This document shows positions 14,000-25,713 of a stretch of 64,000 nt of DNA, piece after piece (within the stretch, counting starts at the first letter, position 1; each line of letters starts with the position of its first letter). The notes under the pieces were generated by a model. It did no database searches, had not been told where the DNA came from, and was given only the letters and a program-made list of their open reading frames with translations. The position numbers were made by a program, and so were the translations under genes. Origin of the DNA: Isurus oxyrinchus. Its lineage: Eukaryota. The stretch lies in the NCBI GenBank assembly GCA_026770705.1, contig JANJGN010000025.1:18228001-18292000 (forward strand), given 5' to 3'.

Positions 14000-14189
14000 A
14001 AGCTTGTTTTAAAATAGTTTTGATATATCGGCGTCACATAGGCGTGAACATTTACTGGCACATATTTCTAGTGATCTGTTCTAACTCTTAAAAGCTACAC
14101 AGTAACTATTTTAAAAATCAAAAATTCAACAAGATACCCTGTCAGTACACCACACATTTCAATGTGGCAGTTCAAATGTAATTATTTGA

Positions 14190-14197
14190 TCCCTGAG
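14190..14197 (-). promoter_or_regulatory. miR-125 8mer site
   Basis: Plus TCCCTGAG = mRNA CUCAGGGA. Confidence 0.55.
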
Positions 14198-14809
14198 GTT
14201 AGATAAAGAATAACACTAAAATAGGTTTTTAAAAGAGGTAGTATCAAACAGGAGGTGCAAGGTTAGAGCACATGAGAGTAGCAGCTTTTATTCCCTGTGA
14301 ACATTTTTGGTATCATAAAGCTCTGTTTTATGCAAGCATTCTAAAAACAGAAATAGTGAGGCACCAAATGATAGTCTTTGGACTGCAACTCTCCAATGAG
14401 TTATTTAATATAATACCCATAAGCTGAAGTTGTTTTTAATCAGAAAATGAAAAATTTATGTCCAAATTGTCGTAGAGTCACCCACCAACACAGTAATAAT
14501 CCACAGCAAATTCAACTATAAACGTACCATGTTATTTTGACATGTTTATAGAACTAACTTGGTATTCCATCCAATTGGATAATAATTAAAATTAATATTG
14601 GATTCGTGTGATTCAGAAGCAGTCATTTTAAAACAGTTTAATCAAATTTTTAAAAAATAGAATTCTGCTTATTCTTATGTAAGGAATCTTAATTATTAAA
14701 TCAATTATTTTCTTGCACGTGGCGACAAATGGCATCATACCACTGCCTCCTTGTATTTGGCAGGTTGTTGAAATAAGTGAATCCATGCACAACGGGGAAC
14801 AGAAGTTAG

Positions 14810-14842
14810 GGCTGGAATTTTCCAACCCCCCCCCCCACCCCC

Positions 14843-14880
<38 letters not shown>

Positions 14881-15000
14881 CACAGCAGGACCCCCCCCCC
14901 CCCCCCCCCCCAACAACGGACGCAGCAGCCATTCAAATGCCCATCAACTTCAGCGGAACCCGGAGATCCCGCCGATGGGAGTGACCTGAAAATTCCAGCC
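14810..15000. mobile_element. Harbinger-type MITE containing poly-C and (CA)n, inside the 3'UTR
   Basis: Perfect 13-bp TIRs GGCTGGAATTTTC / GAAAATTCCAGCC, with TAG/TAA flanks resembling the Harbinger TWA target. Confidence 0.7.
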
Positions 15001-16394
15001 TAAGTATTCTGTCCAAAACTGCAAAAAGATATTTGGCTGTCATTTGGGAACAGAAACAAGGTGCTCAGAGTTAAACGACTTTAAAAACAAAGTATTCAGT
15101 CAATAAGTAGAATTAGTGGAAATGTGATATCTATTGAAAGGAATTTATGCTTCACTCTCTTAAGTCTACCAAGGGTGGATGTGTATTTTTAGCTTATGTT
15201 TTTTCCAGTTTTGAAGCTGGTCACGATTATGCACAGATTTTAGGACATCAGTTTGAGGAAAAAGCACTTGTCAATGCTGCAAATAAGAAACAAAATTGAA
15301 ATCTACGTATAAGTGAACAGGATAAACTCCCTTGGAGTAATAAATTTTAGATACAAATCACTAACTTCAACTAAACGTTTTACGCAGTTTAGTATCTTTC
15401 ACAAGAAATGAACCATCATAAATGGAAGGGGATTCTACATTTACATTAAAAAGATGCCATTGCAAATTATAAAGGTTGGCCAATAAATAGTGAATAGAAA
15501 GTAGATGTGAATGAGTATGTATATGAACCAACCAAATAGATGTCACGTGTGCACTGAAACGGATCTAACATGCAGTTGCAGGAGTATCTATTAGAATGCA
15601 TGAAATCAGGACCCAACTGGGACAGTGCAAGGTTATGGATAGGAGTCACTACAAGAACCATGTTTTTCCATAATTTCTGCATCTACAGTATTCATCAGTT
15701 TCTAGAACAAGAAGCATGTAGGTAATCATTCTAGTTAATCCTGGTCTGCTTCAATTTGTCTGCGGTGCCTCCTAACAGATATTTAATGAAACTGAAATGT
15801 ACCCAAAACATTTTAGGTTCAGACTGGATAAGAGTTCATTCATTTTGCTTGTACAGCAACACTGTTATAGTTCAGATGACTTTCAAATTAGCAGCTTAGG
15901 CACACTTACTTAGTTCACAGTGTTACACTGCACAAACATGTATCTCTTTCAAAACCATCCAAAATGAAAGCATTTCCTCTTCCCTCTGATCAAACATGCT
16001 TTACATTTTTCACAGCTCTATGTAAAGCTGTATTATACACAAACATAACAGCTGTGAAAAGTGATCATATTAAGTTTCATGGGTTGGGACTGTGGCTTTA
16101 ATACTCTTATTCAAACATATGACTGGATTCTTTGCCTTACATTAAAAAAAAGCACAGTGAATGAAAACAACTTCAGCTCAATGGTGCTGCATTTGTTGCT
16201 ATTTTAGAATGATGCTTGTGTAAACAGAGCTTTAGTTAAACACTCTCATGGCAATGTCCTTACAACCCCTACATCACAGCAGAACATCAACAAACATTTC
16301 TTTTAGCAAAACAATGTATTTCTGTAAGGAAGTATCAGCTATTAGGCAATGGAGTCAAATATGTTAAATACTGGAGTTTACCGTTAGGTAACAT

Positions 16395-16402
16395 TGAGGT
16401 AG
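16395..16402 (-). promoter_or_regulatory. let-7 8mer site in the proximal 3'UTR
   Basis: Plus TGAGGTAG = mRNA CUACCUCA; PRTG is an established let-7 target in other vertebrates. Confidence 0.7.
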
Positions 16403-16674
16403 ATTTTTCAGCAGAAAGCCTGAAATATTATTTCTGCTCCAGTGATATACCTTTCAAAATAAAATCAAAAGAAATGTAACGGTCCTTTTCACATTTTTGA
16501 CATACAGACATTCATGGTGGGTAAAATTCAAAATGTAACATTCATAAAACAAAAGCGTGTAAGAACCTGGAGTGATTAAAAAAAAAGACCCAGATTTTTG
16601 TTCCAGAATGTTCTTTGGCTTACTGCACATTGTCCATTGTACAGATAAATTATGGTCAAACTGGATCAGGTAAC

Positions 16675-17109
16675 TTAAATTGGAAATTCATTGTTAGCGT
16701 GTTCGTGAGCAGTTTTTGGAGAAGGCATTTGACATACTTGAGGTGGTGCCAGCAGGTCTGAGGTAGTAGAAGAAGAACCAATCAACAGGAGTTGAGCTTC
16801 CTCTGAGGTAGACTTGATAAGAACGCTGACTGTTTCTGCTTGGACAAATGGCCCCAAGAAGGTAGGTGTAGTACATGTGACAGAAGAAAGGTGAGCCATT
16901 TCCATTTCCTCCCTAGAATCGTGCGAGTATCTGCCTGAATCGCCAGTTTCATGGCTTCCGTCACTGTTATGAGAATATTCTGTGTCTCCTGCAGTGTTGA
17001 ACACAGCCTGCAGAGATGTAGGTGGAATGTGTATTGAGCCACCCGATTCCTCACAGGTCAGCCCAGTCAGCTGGTAAGAGCTCAGGCTTCGTACATTTCT
17101 TCTCACTGG
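16675..17109 (-). CDS. PRTG: Protogenin terminal coding exon, to the TAA stop
   Basis: PVRRNVRS...DTEYSHNSDGSHETGDSGRYSHDS...NNEFPI*; contains the conserved GSHETGDSGR motif; TAGCAG tandem acceptor (start 17109 or 17112). Confidence 0.92.
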   Translation of the reverse strand, partial: PVRRNVRSLSSYQLTGLTCEESGGSIHIPPTSLQAVFNTAGDTEYSHNSDGSHETGDSGRYSHDSREEMEMAHLSSVTCTTPTFLGPFVQAETVSVLIKSTSEEAQLLLIGSSSTTSDLLAPPQVCQMPSPKTAHEHANNEFPI

Positions 17110-17684
17110 CTGCTAGCAAAAGAATTACACCAGTTACATTTAGCAAGTACTTCAAATTCCAGCCAACTTCTTTCACATAGTAGACAATGTAAACTGTTAA
17201 GAGGATCTTTGATATAAACATTATTATGTGTAGGTAATCTGTACAATTGGCTGTATTATGAATCTAAGTAATTGCAATAGAAAACATAATTCTTTAGAGG
17301 GAAAGATCATAGCAATGCAGGTGGTGCAAGCTTGATAAGAGGGATACCATGAAGCATTTTTCAAACAAGTAGATGATAATTGTTGTGTATGGCACAGAGA
17401 AGACTAACATGCTCAAATGCAGGCAGCTAGTATTGAACTAAATTTTATATACATCTCCCCAGCAGAGAAGGAAATGTAACAAAATGCTCAGATTTATTGT
17501 ACTATATAATTATATTAATTATAATTAAAGGAATAAATGCTTCAACCAGTGTTTGCACTCCACATGAGCCTCCATCCACTCTATCAGCCTCACCTTGTAT
17601 TCCTTTCTCTGTCATGTGTCTATCTAGCTACCCCTTAAAAGCATCAATTTACATTTGCTTCAAGAGTTTGGTTCCAAATCTTAC

Positions 17685-17795
17685 CTGCTTCTCTTTGTGC
17701 AACTTCACTGATTTCTTCGATGACCCAAATAATGACCATTTTTTTGCCTTTTCGTTCACACGAGTCGTGCTGCTAATAATCAGATCAGACCCACC
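17685..17795 (-). CDS. PRTG: Protogenin cytoplasmic exon; missed by the ORF track
   Basis: Manual translation GGSDLIISSTTRVNEKAKKWSLFGSSKKSVKLHKEKQ; acceptor aacAG, donor GTaaga; 111 nt, phase 0-0. Confidence 0.9.
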
Positions 17796-18790
17796 CTGTT
17801 GGGATACAATAGAACACATTCAGATGGTTTACTTCTTGCTCAAACACCACCTATTATTACAGTGAATCGGGCATTTGAGTTACACTTTTTGTTCTAGGTT
17901 CAAGTCCCGGAAAAGGTAGTCCTTCCAAATTGCCTGCTATTAAAGTGACTAGTTTCACGCAGTTTCAGCCACGATGTCAGAGGAGCATGTAATGCGAGCT
18001 GATTGAACTTTTGCTAGCTTTTAACAATATTCCCATATTCTGATCAAAACTCTGGATATCATTTCTGCCCCAACATTTTCATCAGTTTTATCTTGTCTAA
18101 ACACAAGTACCGATACACCAAACGAATAAATAATGCAAAATACTTCCATGTTATCCTGTGTTTTTCTCATGCCATTTTCTTCTAAGGTTGGAATTTTAAG
18201 AGTTGCATTTAATAAATTTACTCTCAAGTTACTTCCCACTCCCAATTTTTAATGTAACTTTTTTCTTCTCCTTTGTCATATCGTGTTTGTCACCTCCCCT
18301 GCTTATGTGTAATATGCCTCCCTGTCAGCCGATCTGCCCTGCTAAATGTCCACCTGCTTCTGTTCTCACAGCAAAGATTAGGGAACACAACAGAAAAGTG
18401 GGTCTGTTAATGATATGTTAATTATATTGTCAAGGTACCAGGTGAAGAGCATTGTTTAATTAAGTACTTGGAGCACACATAAATAGTGGATAAAGTTTCT
18501 TTTAAAGTTTTTTCATTTTGTTACAGTGCCCTATAAAGGGCTGTTAATTTGTTCATTAGTTTATTTGTTATTTATTTTTAATTGGTACTCAAAAAAAGTA
18601 TAAGTAGGGGATAGCTGGGACACTGGGTTGTGTGGGAGGAAAGCTGTAAGACTGAACAAAGTCAATAATTTCTCTCTATAAAGGAAAGCTCTATATCTTG
18701 GTTTTGGCTTCACAAAGCAGCTTGGACAGGGTCCTTCTAGCCTCCTCTGATTTGAAACTGGCATAAACTACAAACTAGGAAAGTTCCACA

Positions 18791-19083
18791 GGAGGCGGTG
18801 GCATAGTGGTATTGTCAGTGGACTAGTATTCCAGAGACCCAGGGTAATGCTTTGGGGCCCTGGGTTCAAATCCCACCACTGGAGAAGGTGAAATTTGAAT
18901 TTAATAAAACATCTGGTCTGATGATGTCATAAAAACCCATTCTGGTTCACTAATGCCCTTTAGGGAAGGAAATCTGCCATCCTTACCTGGTCTGGCCTAC
19001 ATGTGACTTTTCTGGTTGACTCTTAACTGCCCTCTGAACAAGGGCAATGAGGAATGGGCAATAAATGCCCAGCAATGCCCATG
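18791..19083 (+). mobile_element. tRNA-derived SINE with a LINE-like 3' tail
   Basis: A box TGGCATAGTGG (18799) and B box GGTTCAAATCC (18863); tail GGGCAAT..GGGCAATAAATG shared with the 7575 LINE. Confidence 0.8.
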
Positions 19084-19089
19084 TAGAGG

Positions 19090-19490
19090 ACTACACCAAC
19101 CTAAATCCCAGAGCTGGAGGATAAGGTAAGTATAAGGAGTCCCAGGGCAGCGAAGGCCTGAGGGATTGCGAGGGAATTAATCGGGTGGGGGGCTCCAGAG
19201 GTCACTAGGAGAGGGCACCTCCCCTTTCCCTGCTCAAGATCTAACTCTGAATCACAATGGGGAAAGGCTGGAAAGAAACAATATTCCTGCCAGCCTAAAA
19301 ACTGAGGCAGGGCAGGAAACAGCCCTTAACCGGCCAGTTAAATGCTGGCTTCCCATCCGAGGCCTTAACCGCCCCAACATAAAATCTGTGGCCGGGGCTG
19401 ATGGGGACCCAGAGGGAATCCCGTCCCTGCAATTTAGCGCTCCATCCTCCGACTAAAAATCTGTTGGTTGGGGAGTGTAAAATTCAGGCC
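19090..19490. mobile_element. GC-rich MITE fragment ending in AAAATTCAGGCC (similar fragment at ~59550-59998)
   Basis: Terminal motif related to the 14810 TIR; GC-rich interior. Confidence 0.45.
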
Positions 19491-19953
19491 AATATCTCCA
19501 ATTTTCAGCCCAATATTGTCAAGGAATTAGCATACTGAAGTGGATGGGAAGGGAGAAATTTGGCAAGAGGAGTTTTTAAAAGGAACCAACAAACACATTG
19601 CACCAGGGAGGGACCCTGCAATTTTTAAAATGAATGGCTGCGGAAATAGTTACAGTTCGATGTCGAAGTTAGCAATCCATTCAACAGCTTTGGCTGATGC
19701 AATGTAAATGGCTGTGATGCCACCAGAAATGGATCTCTCAGGGCAAAGTTCAATATACGCGCAATGGTCTGACTTGGATGGCCGTGATCAGAGTTTAGGA
19801 GAAAAATGGGAATTCTCAAAATTTCAATACTATGGAACGTGCATTGGTGTTGAAAGTTTTGAAGGACTTCCTCAGTTAGATCAAAATAGCGTATTACTAT
19901 AAAAGACAAGAGGTAGGCAAAGTAGAAATAAAAGTAAATATAAAATGTATTAC

Positions 19954-20116
19954 CTTGGTATCCAAAAAAACATTTTCAGGCATCATTGGCATTAAGGTTT
20001 CCACAGTTTCCTGTTCATTCTGACCCTTAGCAAGATGGTTGCCATTGACCAGTGGTCTTGTCACATGTGCTAACTGTACATTTCCCTGTTGCTCAGTCTT
20101 GATAGCAGATGATTTC
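19954..20116 (-). CDS. PRTG: Protogenin cytoplasmic exon
   Basis: KSSAIKTEQQGNVQ...ETLMPMMPENVFLDTK; acceptor tccAG, donor GTaata; 163 nt, phase 2-0. Confidence 0.9.
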
Positions 20117-20467
20117 CTGGACAAACAAAAGGTCACCATGAAAAATTAACTTGGCAATCATGTGATATCTAATAATATCTGTTGATATGTATTCAATGCT
20201 GAATATAGTGACTTTAATCCCCGATTTAATTGAAAATGGGTGAACTGAGGTGAGTACAGCTTATTACAGAAGAGGACAATTCCTAAAATAAAATACTGGT
20301 TGAAGACTGAAGGGGGTCGAGTATTTTCAGCAGGAGGCTAACATTTTGATTAACAGAATATTTTCCTTCACAATTACATTAAATACATTTACAATAAATT
20401 CTAATATAATTATTGCTCTTTTAACAATGCTATTTTGCCCTAAATAGTTGTACTTTCAAAACGATAC

Positions 20468-20591
20468 CTTGCTTTGCTTCGGTAGAGGAGGATAAGGATG
20501 CAGATGATAATACAAGTTAGGGCTATGCAAACTCCGACAATAATTCCAGTCATTGACTTTTGGTCCAGGTGGTAAAATACATCTGAGTTAG
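20468..20591 (-). CDS. PRTG: Protogenin transmembrane exon
   Basis: [41 protein letters not shown](R): hydrophobic helix followed by a basic stop-transfer segment; donor GTatcg. Acceptor ambiguous (exon start 20591 or 20582, both in frame). Confidence 0.9.
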
Positions 20592-21443
20592 CTTCAGTAA
20601 AAACAGATTGATAACAGACATTGGAACAATTAAATAAGAAGTGCCTCAAAAGGTTTTCAGTCACAGTTGTCATTGGATCATACAATTCTACTACTGATTT
20701 CAATGAAAAATTTAAAATGGGATCAGACAGATGTGACAATCTATTTCATATTATTGAAAATGTGAACATCAGTATTGTTATTGATAAATACAAAGCAATT
20801 AAACAAACTGTTAAATCTTTATAAAAATTGCCTTTTACATATGTAAATAGTAATAGATAATTTTCATAAAAGGCTTCTGTCAGCAGCAACAATCCATGTA
20901 GCACATCTGGACAGAAATGTATTATTTTGTTTAAATTCATGGATAAAGACAATATGCAGTAGGATGTTTGTAGAAGCAAAGAACACAGGATTTATACGTT
21001 TTAGAGTATTGTCACCAGGTTTTTCTCTAGCTTTTACCAACACTATGTCCCAGTCAGTTTCCATTCAGATAATTCCAATATGTTGCTTTATTTCCCATCC
21101 CTATTAATGTGCAATCACATGATATGATAGAGCTATCAAAATCAGTTGCTCCGATAAAGACTTCTGCACAGGCAGCAAAAAATATTACAATTGAAACTAT
21201 TGCACATCTAAAAGCTCTATCATAGTCACAATAATTAAACATAATTGTTAATTTCCAGTGGGATAATGTTAAAAGCATCTTCTGTTTTTAAATTGTCCAG
21301 TTTAGATTCTTTGTATCTCATACTAACAGCATTTCACTGACAAGTATGCCCATTGAGTCTACTTTTAAAGAGATCTTGTCAGAAAGGCCTAAGAGATTAC
21401 ATTAGTTACACAATTGCCTAATGGCAGCTGACTGTTTACTGAC

Positions 21444-21635
21444 CTTTGGCATCTCCACTGCTGTGAGAGTCAGCCCACTTAGGCCCCTGGCTAAAGTATA
21501 CAGTTTCCTTAGCAGGGATTGCTAGTTCCACAGCATTTGAAAAGGGCCCTTCTCCAACTTCATTCGAGGCAGATATCTGAACGAGGTAGACATTTCCTGG
21601 GAGGAGGTTCTCCAGCAAGGCCATAGTAATTGTTC
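21444..21635 (-). CDS. PRTG: Protogenin coding exon (last FN3 C-terminal part and stalk)
   Basis: [38 protein letters not shown]...GDAK; acceptor tttAG, donor GTcagt; 192 nt. Confidence 0.93.
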
Positions 21636-22094
21636 CTAAAATCAAAGATGGCATTAATGGATCAAGAATACAAACACAGTGATGGCAGCATCAGTGTATT
21701 GCACAACAAGTGATCTATTAGTTCCACATCTCCATATATCACTCTTATTTTAATTCCCGTTTGGAAAAGTATCAATTTGCACAGTTCTGCGTTGGACCAT
21801 CCAGACAAAAGAAACATATATAAGCAAAAGTCCTGGAGAATATAATTTGTCTCCTACTAGCTAACTGAAGAGCACTGTTGGTAGAAACCAAAGGTTAGGT
21901 TATCTGACTTGGACAGATATGGGTACACTACTATAGGATATGAGTTTCTTCACCCAAGTCCACAACATTGATTCAGAACAGTATGGAGACCGGCATCAAG
22001 TCCTGTTGCACTCCACTCAGCACACACCCCATCCTGCCTGAGGTCACTGCCCTAACAAGTTCCCACTTATTTCTCCTTTCAGCCAGTTTGATAT

Positions 22095-22310
22095 CCATAC
22101 CCAAGTTTTAACTTACAATAGGATAGGGGACACAAATTCAAATTAGTAAAATGAAAATTTAGGACCAATATCAGAAAGATTTTCTTCACATAAAGAATGA
22201 CAAAAGATCCATTTAGAAAGGTACTATAACGCCAACAATGGGGGAAATGTAGGGCCTTACTGAATAGATGAACCAGATTGGGTCTAAGTGCCTTCGTCAT
22301 CCATAATTAT
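22095..22310 (+). mobile_element. Degraded CR1 3' end
   Basis: GGGACACAAATTCAAATTAG...TTTCTTCACA...GGTCTAAGTGCCTTCGTCATCC. Confidence 0.45.
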
Positions 22311-22554
22311 CGTGTGATATCTTCACTGTCCGCTTGGGATGGTAATTCTCAACAAAGTGTAGGTGGTTAAGTAGGCAAGATCATCACCTCTTAAAACCAT
22401 ATTAGCTGTTTCTAATCACACAATTCTCATACAGGCATAATAATTTCCTGATAATAAATTCCATTAATTTAAATGTTTATTTGATGATTCGATAGCTTCC
22501 AGAGTTAGATTTATATAAGGTCAAAGGAATTGCTGTGGTCTGAGTAAAGCTCAC

Positions 22555-22725
22555 CTTCCCTGTGAAGCACTTGCCATTCTCCTGCAATCCAGGCCTTTCT
22601 GGACGCATAAAGAATGGTGTAACGAGTGATGACTGTGTTGGTACCTTCTGGGGGTTTCCAAGAAATTAGAGCAGTTCCTTCTTCTATTAAAGTGACTTTC
22701 ACACTTGAAGGTGGATTGGCTGGAG
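22555..22725 (-). CDS. PRTG: Protogenin coding exon (last FN3, N-terminal part)
   Basis: [26 protein letters not shown]...[13 protein letters not shown]; acceptor tatAG, donor GTgagc; 171 nt. Confidence 0.95.
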
Positions 22726-23472
22726 CTATAGTAGGAAAACAAGTTAATGAAGGGATATTCAAAAACATCCATAATACATAATACTTCAAGAGAACTTTCT
22801 TTAACTTTTGAGAAACTCAATAGAATCCTCCAAAAAAAAAATCACATTAGTATTTTATGCAAGAATTAGGGTTTTTGGCTCTAGGGCTGGCTGTTCTTTT
22901 AAAGGTGTATAAAATACAAACAGTATAATAAAATTACAGCTTTTATAAAATCACGCTAACCGTTCATTGCTGCAATGCACTAATAATGTCACAGGACTAA
23001 CAGACTTTCCATTCTGTCATCAAATGCAACAAGAAACATTAAACAGTTGCTTCTACAGAACATTGATGACATTTGACATAACAATGAATTAAGTTGGAAT
23101 GTTAAGGATGGAACATGGAGTACAGATTGATGAGCAGATACCAGATTGATGAACAGTTTGATGCAACTTAAAAGATCTCCCATAGATTTCATGACTTGTG
23201 AAGATAGGCTGGCTAAATATTTTCTTTGGATGGGGTTATATTTTGTTGGTAAATTAGCTGATAACTTGACACAATGCTATTTTTCAGTAAATTTCCAGAT
23301 AATTTGTCATTGATATAGGAGATCTAATGCTTTATTCATTTCTCAAAACACAACCCATTGCACTGTGTATAACCAAGAAGTACTTAAAGCAAGGTAGCAA
23401 TTTGTTTTTATGTAATGTGCCATAGAGTTAGTAAAGTTTCTGGAGGACGAGGGCGTTTGACATTGTTCTTAC

Positions 23473-23600
23473 CTTCTGGCAATGTAAGCTGATAAACCAC
23501 AGGGCTCCAGGGGCTGGAGAGCTGGTCTGCATGAAGACGCACAGCGAACTCATACTTGGTGAAAGGTTGTAAGCCATGAACAAGCATGTGTGTTTCTGAC
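23473..23600 (-). CDS. PRTG: Protogenin coding exon (FN3); missed by the ORF track
   Basis: Manual translation [42 protein letters not shown]; acceptor aaatAG, donor GTaaga; 128 nt. Confidence 0.95.
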
Positions 23601-25480
23601 CTATTTAAGTGAAAATAAAATGGAGCTATTAATATGCTAGAGTCCTGAAATACCTATTATAAGAAGTGCTTTTCTGAGCAAACTTATAAATACCAAGCAA
23701 TTTGCAACATAATTAAACTTCTTAAAATCAGCCTATTAAGTGACTTTGAATTCAGTGCAAAAGTGAAGTTTTATGGAAATACTTAACATAATCTGCAGAT
23801 AAATAGCTTCATCATTCATTCACCAATTCAATATGAACCAAAAGTGGGTATAATTCATTCAAGTGACTTACAAAATCTGTTGGTATGTGAAGATGAAATT
23901 TGATAGCTCAGTGTTTCGCATATTAAAGACAGGATTTAAGTGTTAATCTTGGAAGTTAAATTCTATCAAAAAGAAGTAAATATAAAGCAGTCTGCAGAAC
24001 TCCAATTCTATACTTGGATCAGGAAAATTTTTGTCTTACGTCACTGGCATACAGAGCAGGCAACAAAGGATTAAGATAACCTATTACATAAACTATTGTA
24101 CTCTACTCTCGAAGAAGCTTGGCAGGGTGATACCCTGTAAAAGCAAAATGGCCCAATCATGACTGTCTCACAGGAATACGGATTGTAGTCATATTTAATA
24201 TTAAACTCACAACCGAAAATTTCATACTAAAATGCCAGGTATTATCAGTCTAACTGTGACTGCTGTTGTATCTGCCAAATCTCACCATGCCAACCCAAAT
24301 GCTCAATGACACAGTCTGAAATTTATTGTGGCTTGTGTTAAAAGTATATTTTTTTAACAATAGTCTCCTTCAAAGCACCTAGAACTTGACAATATGATAT
24401 CTATTTTTCCATGCATGTCAGATTAAAATATAGCACTTCAAAAGAAAAAAACAAAGTTTTTCGACCTTTTAAGCACCTTTCATAAATGGCTGGAGATAAA
24501 ATTCGATGAGTTGAAACAGCCAAATACTAACTTTTGCTTTCATGTATCCTTTTGTCGGTTTTAACAATGTTTGACAATTACTAAATAAATTTTCAAGATT
24601 GGAACTATTCATAAGGCAAAATTCTCAAGCATTTTGCACTTGTGGCATTGGCAATGCTGTAACAATACCATAGCAACATGAAAAGTCACCTAACTCCAGC
24701 ACTTTAGTATGAATAGTAAATGCATGAGGGACAGAGAAAAGGAAAAGCTGATCTGATCCGCCAGAGAAAAGGATCACACAGCAATCACAAACTTGCTTAT
24801 AACGTGGCTTGTTAGGTTGTAATAAAAATAAGCTTTGAATTGTTAAACAAAAGCTAGTTTAGCACCATATCTTAAAGAAAATCAGAAGTGAAAGTTTATG
24901 GTGCTTGTCTATAAAAGTTCTATTTAGTTAAAAGCTTCATTCACCCTGGCTGAAGCTTTCATACTTTCATAGTGTAAACAACTATCTGGTGTCATGCCAG
25001 AGGGACCCAATAACCTCTTTTAAATTGCTAGACAACAAAGAATAGCAGTATGGGGACTAGAATTTTCCTATCTGGCATTCTTGTTTACTGTGTGATTAGA
25101 TTGAAGATTGATACTGAACAGCACTATCTAGAATCACCTTGGGCAGACATAGACAAATGCAAGGCATAGCAAATGAATATGCTTGGCAAGGCCTAAAGGT
25201 GTTCACTGAAAAGAAATAACGTATCTTGTTGCAGCACAATATACAACGGTGTAAATCTTAAACGGCTTTCTCAAAGTTTCATCTAGAGTCCAAGCATGTT
25301 GTTTATATTCAGCAGACTTCCAAGCCTCTCAATTTGGGAGAAGGCTGAAAGAGAGATCTAAATTAAATACAAAACTTTGATTTTAAAAATTGAGACAATC
25401 TCCAAAAGCAATAGAATTTAAGTCAGTCACGTCATCAGAGCTCAAACGTAGCTGTGCAAGACACAGTAACACCCTGCTAC

Positions 25481-25713
25481 AAAAGTAAAATACTGTAGGT
25501 ACTGGAAACCTGAAATGAAACAGAAAATGACAGAAATACTCAGCAGGTCAGGCAGCAACTGTGGAGAAAGAGAAAGGGAGTTAACGTTTTGGATCAGATA
25601 GAACTGAGTTCTGAAGAAAATTCATCGGATCATTGATCTGAAACATGAACTGTTTCTCTGCTCCCCAAAAGCTGCCATTTCTGCTGAGAATTTGCAGCAG
25701 AATTTTGTTTTTG
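25481..25713 (-). mobile_element. Family A palindromic insertion (older, diverged)
   Basis: Same CAGCAGGTCAGGCAGCA..GTGGAGA arm in both orientations; CTGAAGA at 25611 and GAAAC at 25640. Confidence 0.7.

Larger units (their letters stand above)
10570..16674 (-). other. PRTG: Putative long PRTG 3'UTR (~6 kb)
   Basis: Directly follows the stop codon; AT-rich and almost free of transposons, unlike its flanks; dense miRNA seed matches on the minus strand down to 10790; AATAAA (minus) at 10589-10594. The 3' end is inferred. Confidence 0.6.

Noticed and set aside
14628-15003. ORFs with CV/HT dipeptide and poly-G/P repeats
   Set aside because: Translations of the microsatellite and homopolymers inside a MITE.
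16759-16780. TGAGGTAGTAGA on the plus strand as a let-7 microRNA gene
   Set aside because: The match stops after 12 nt and I see no precursor hairpin; it is better explained as a let-7 target site on the minus-strand mRNA.
17497-17865. 122-aa plus-strand ORF overlapping a PRTG exon
   Set aside because: Antisense shadow of the exon plus a CR1 remnant; no independent coding signal.
18791-18880. tRNA gene
   Set aside because: A and B boxes are present, but there is no clean cloverleaf and the sequence runs into a repeated SINE body.
19910-19916. let-7 seed matches at 19910 and 42172
   Set aside because: Intronic, so absent from the mature mRNA; consistent with background frequency.
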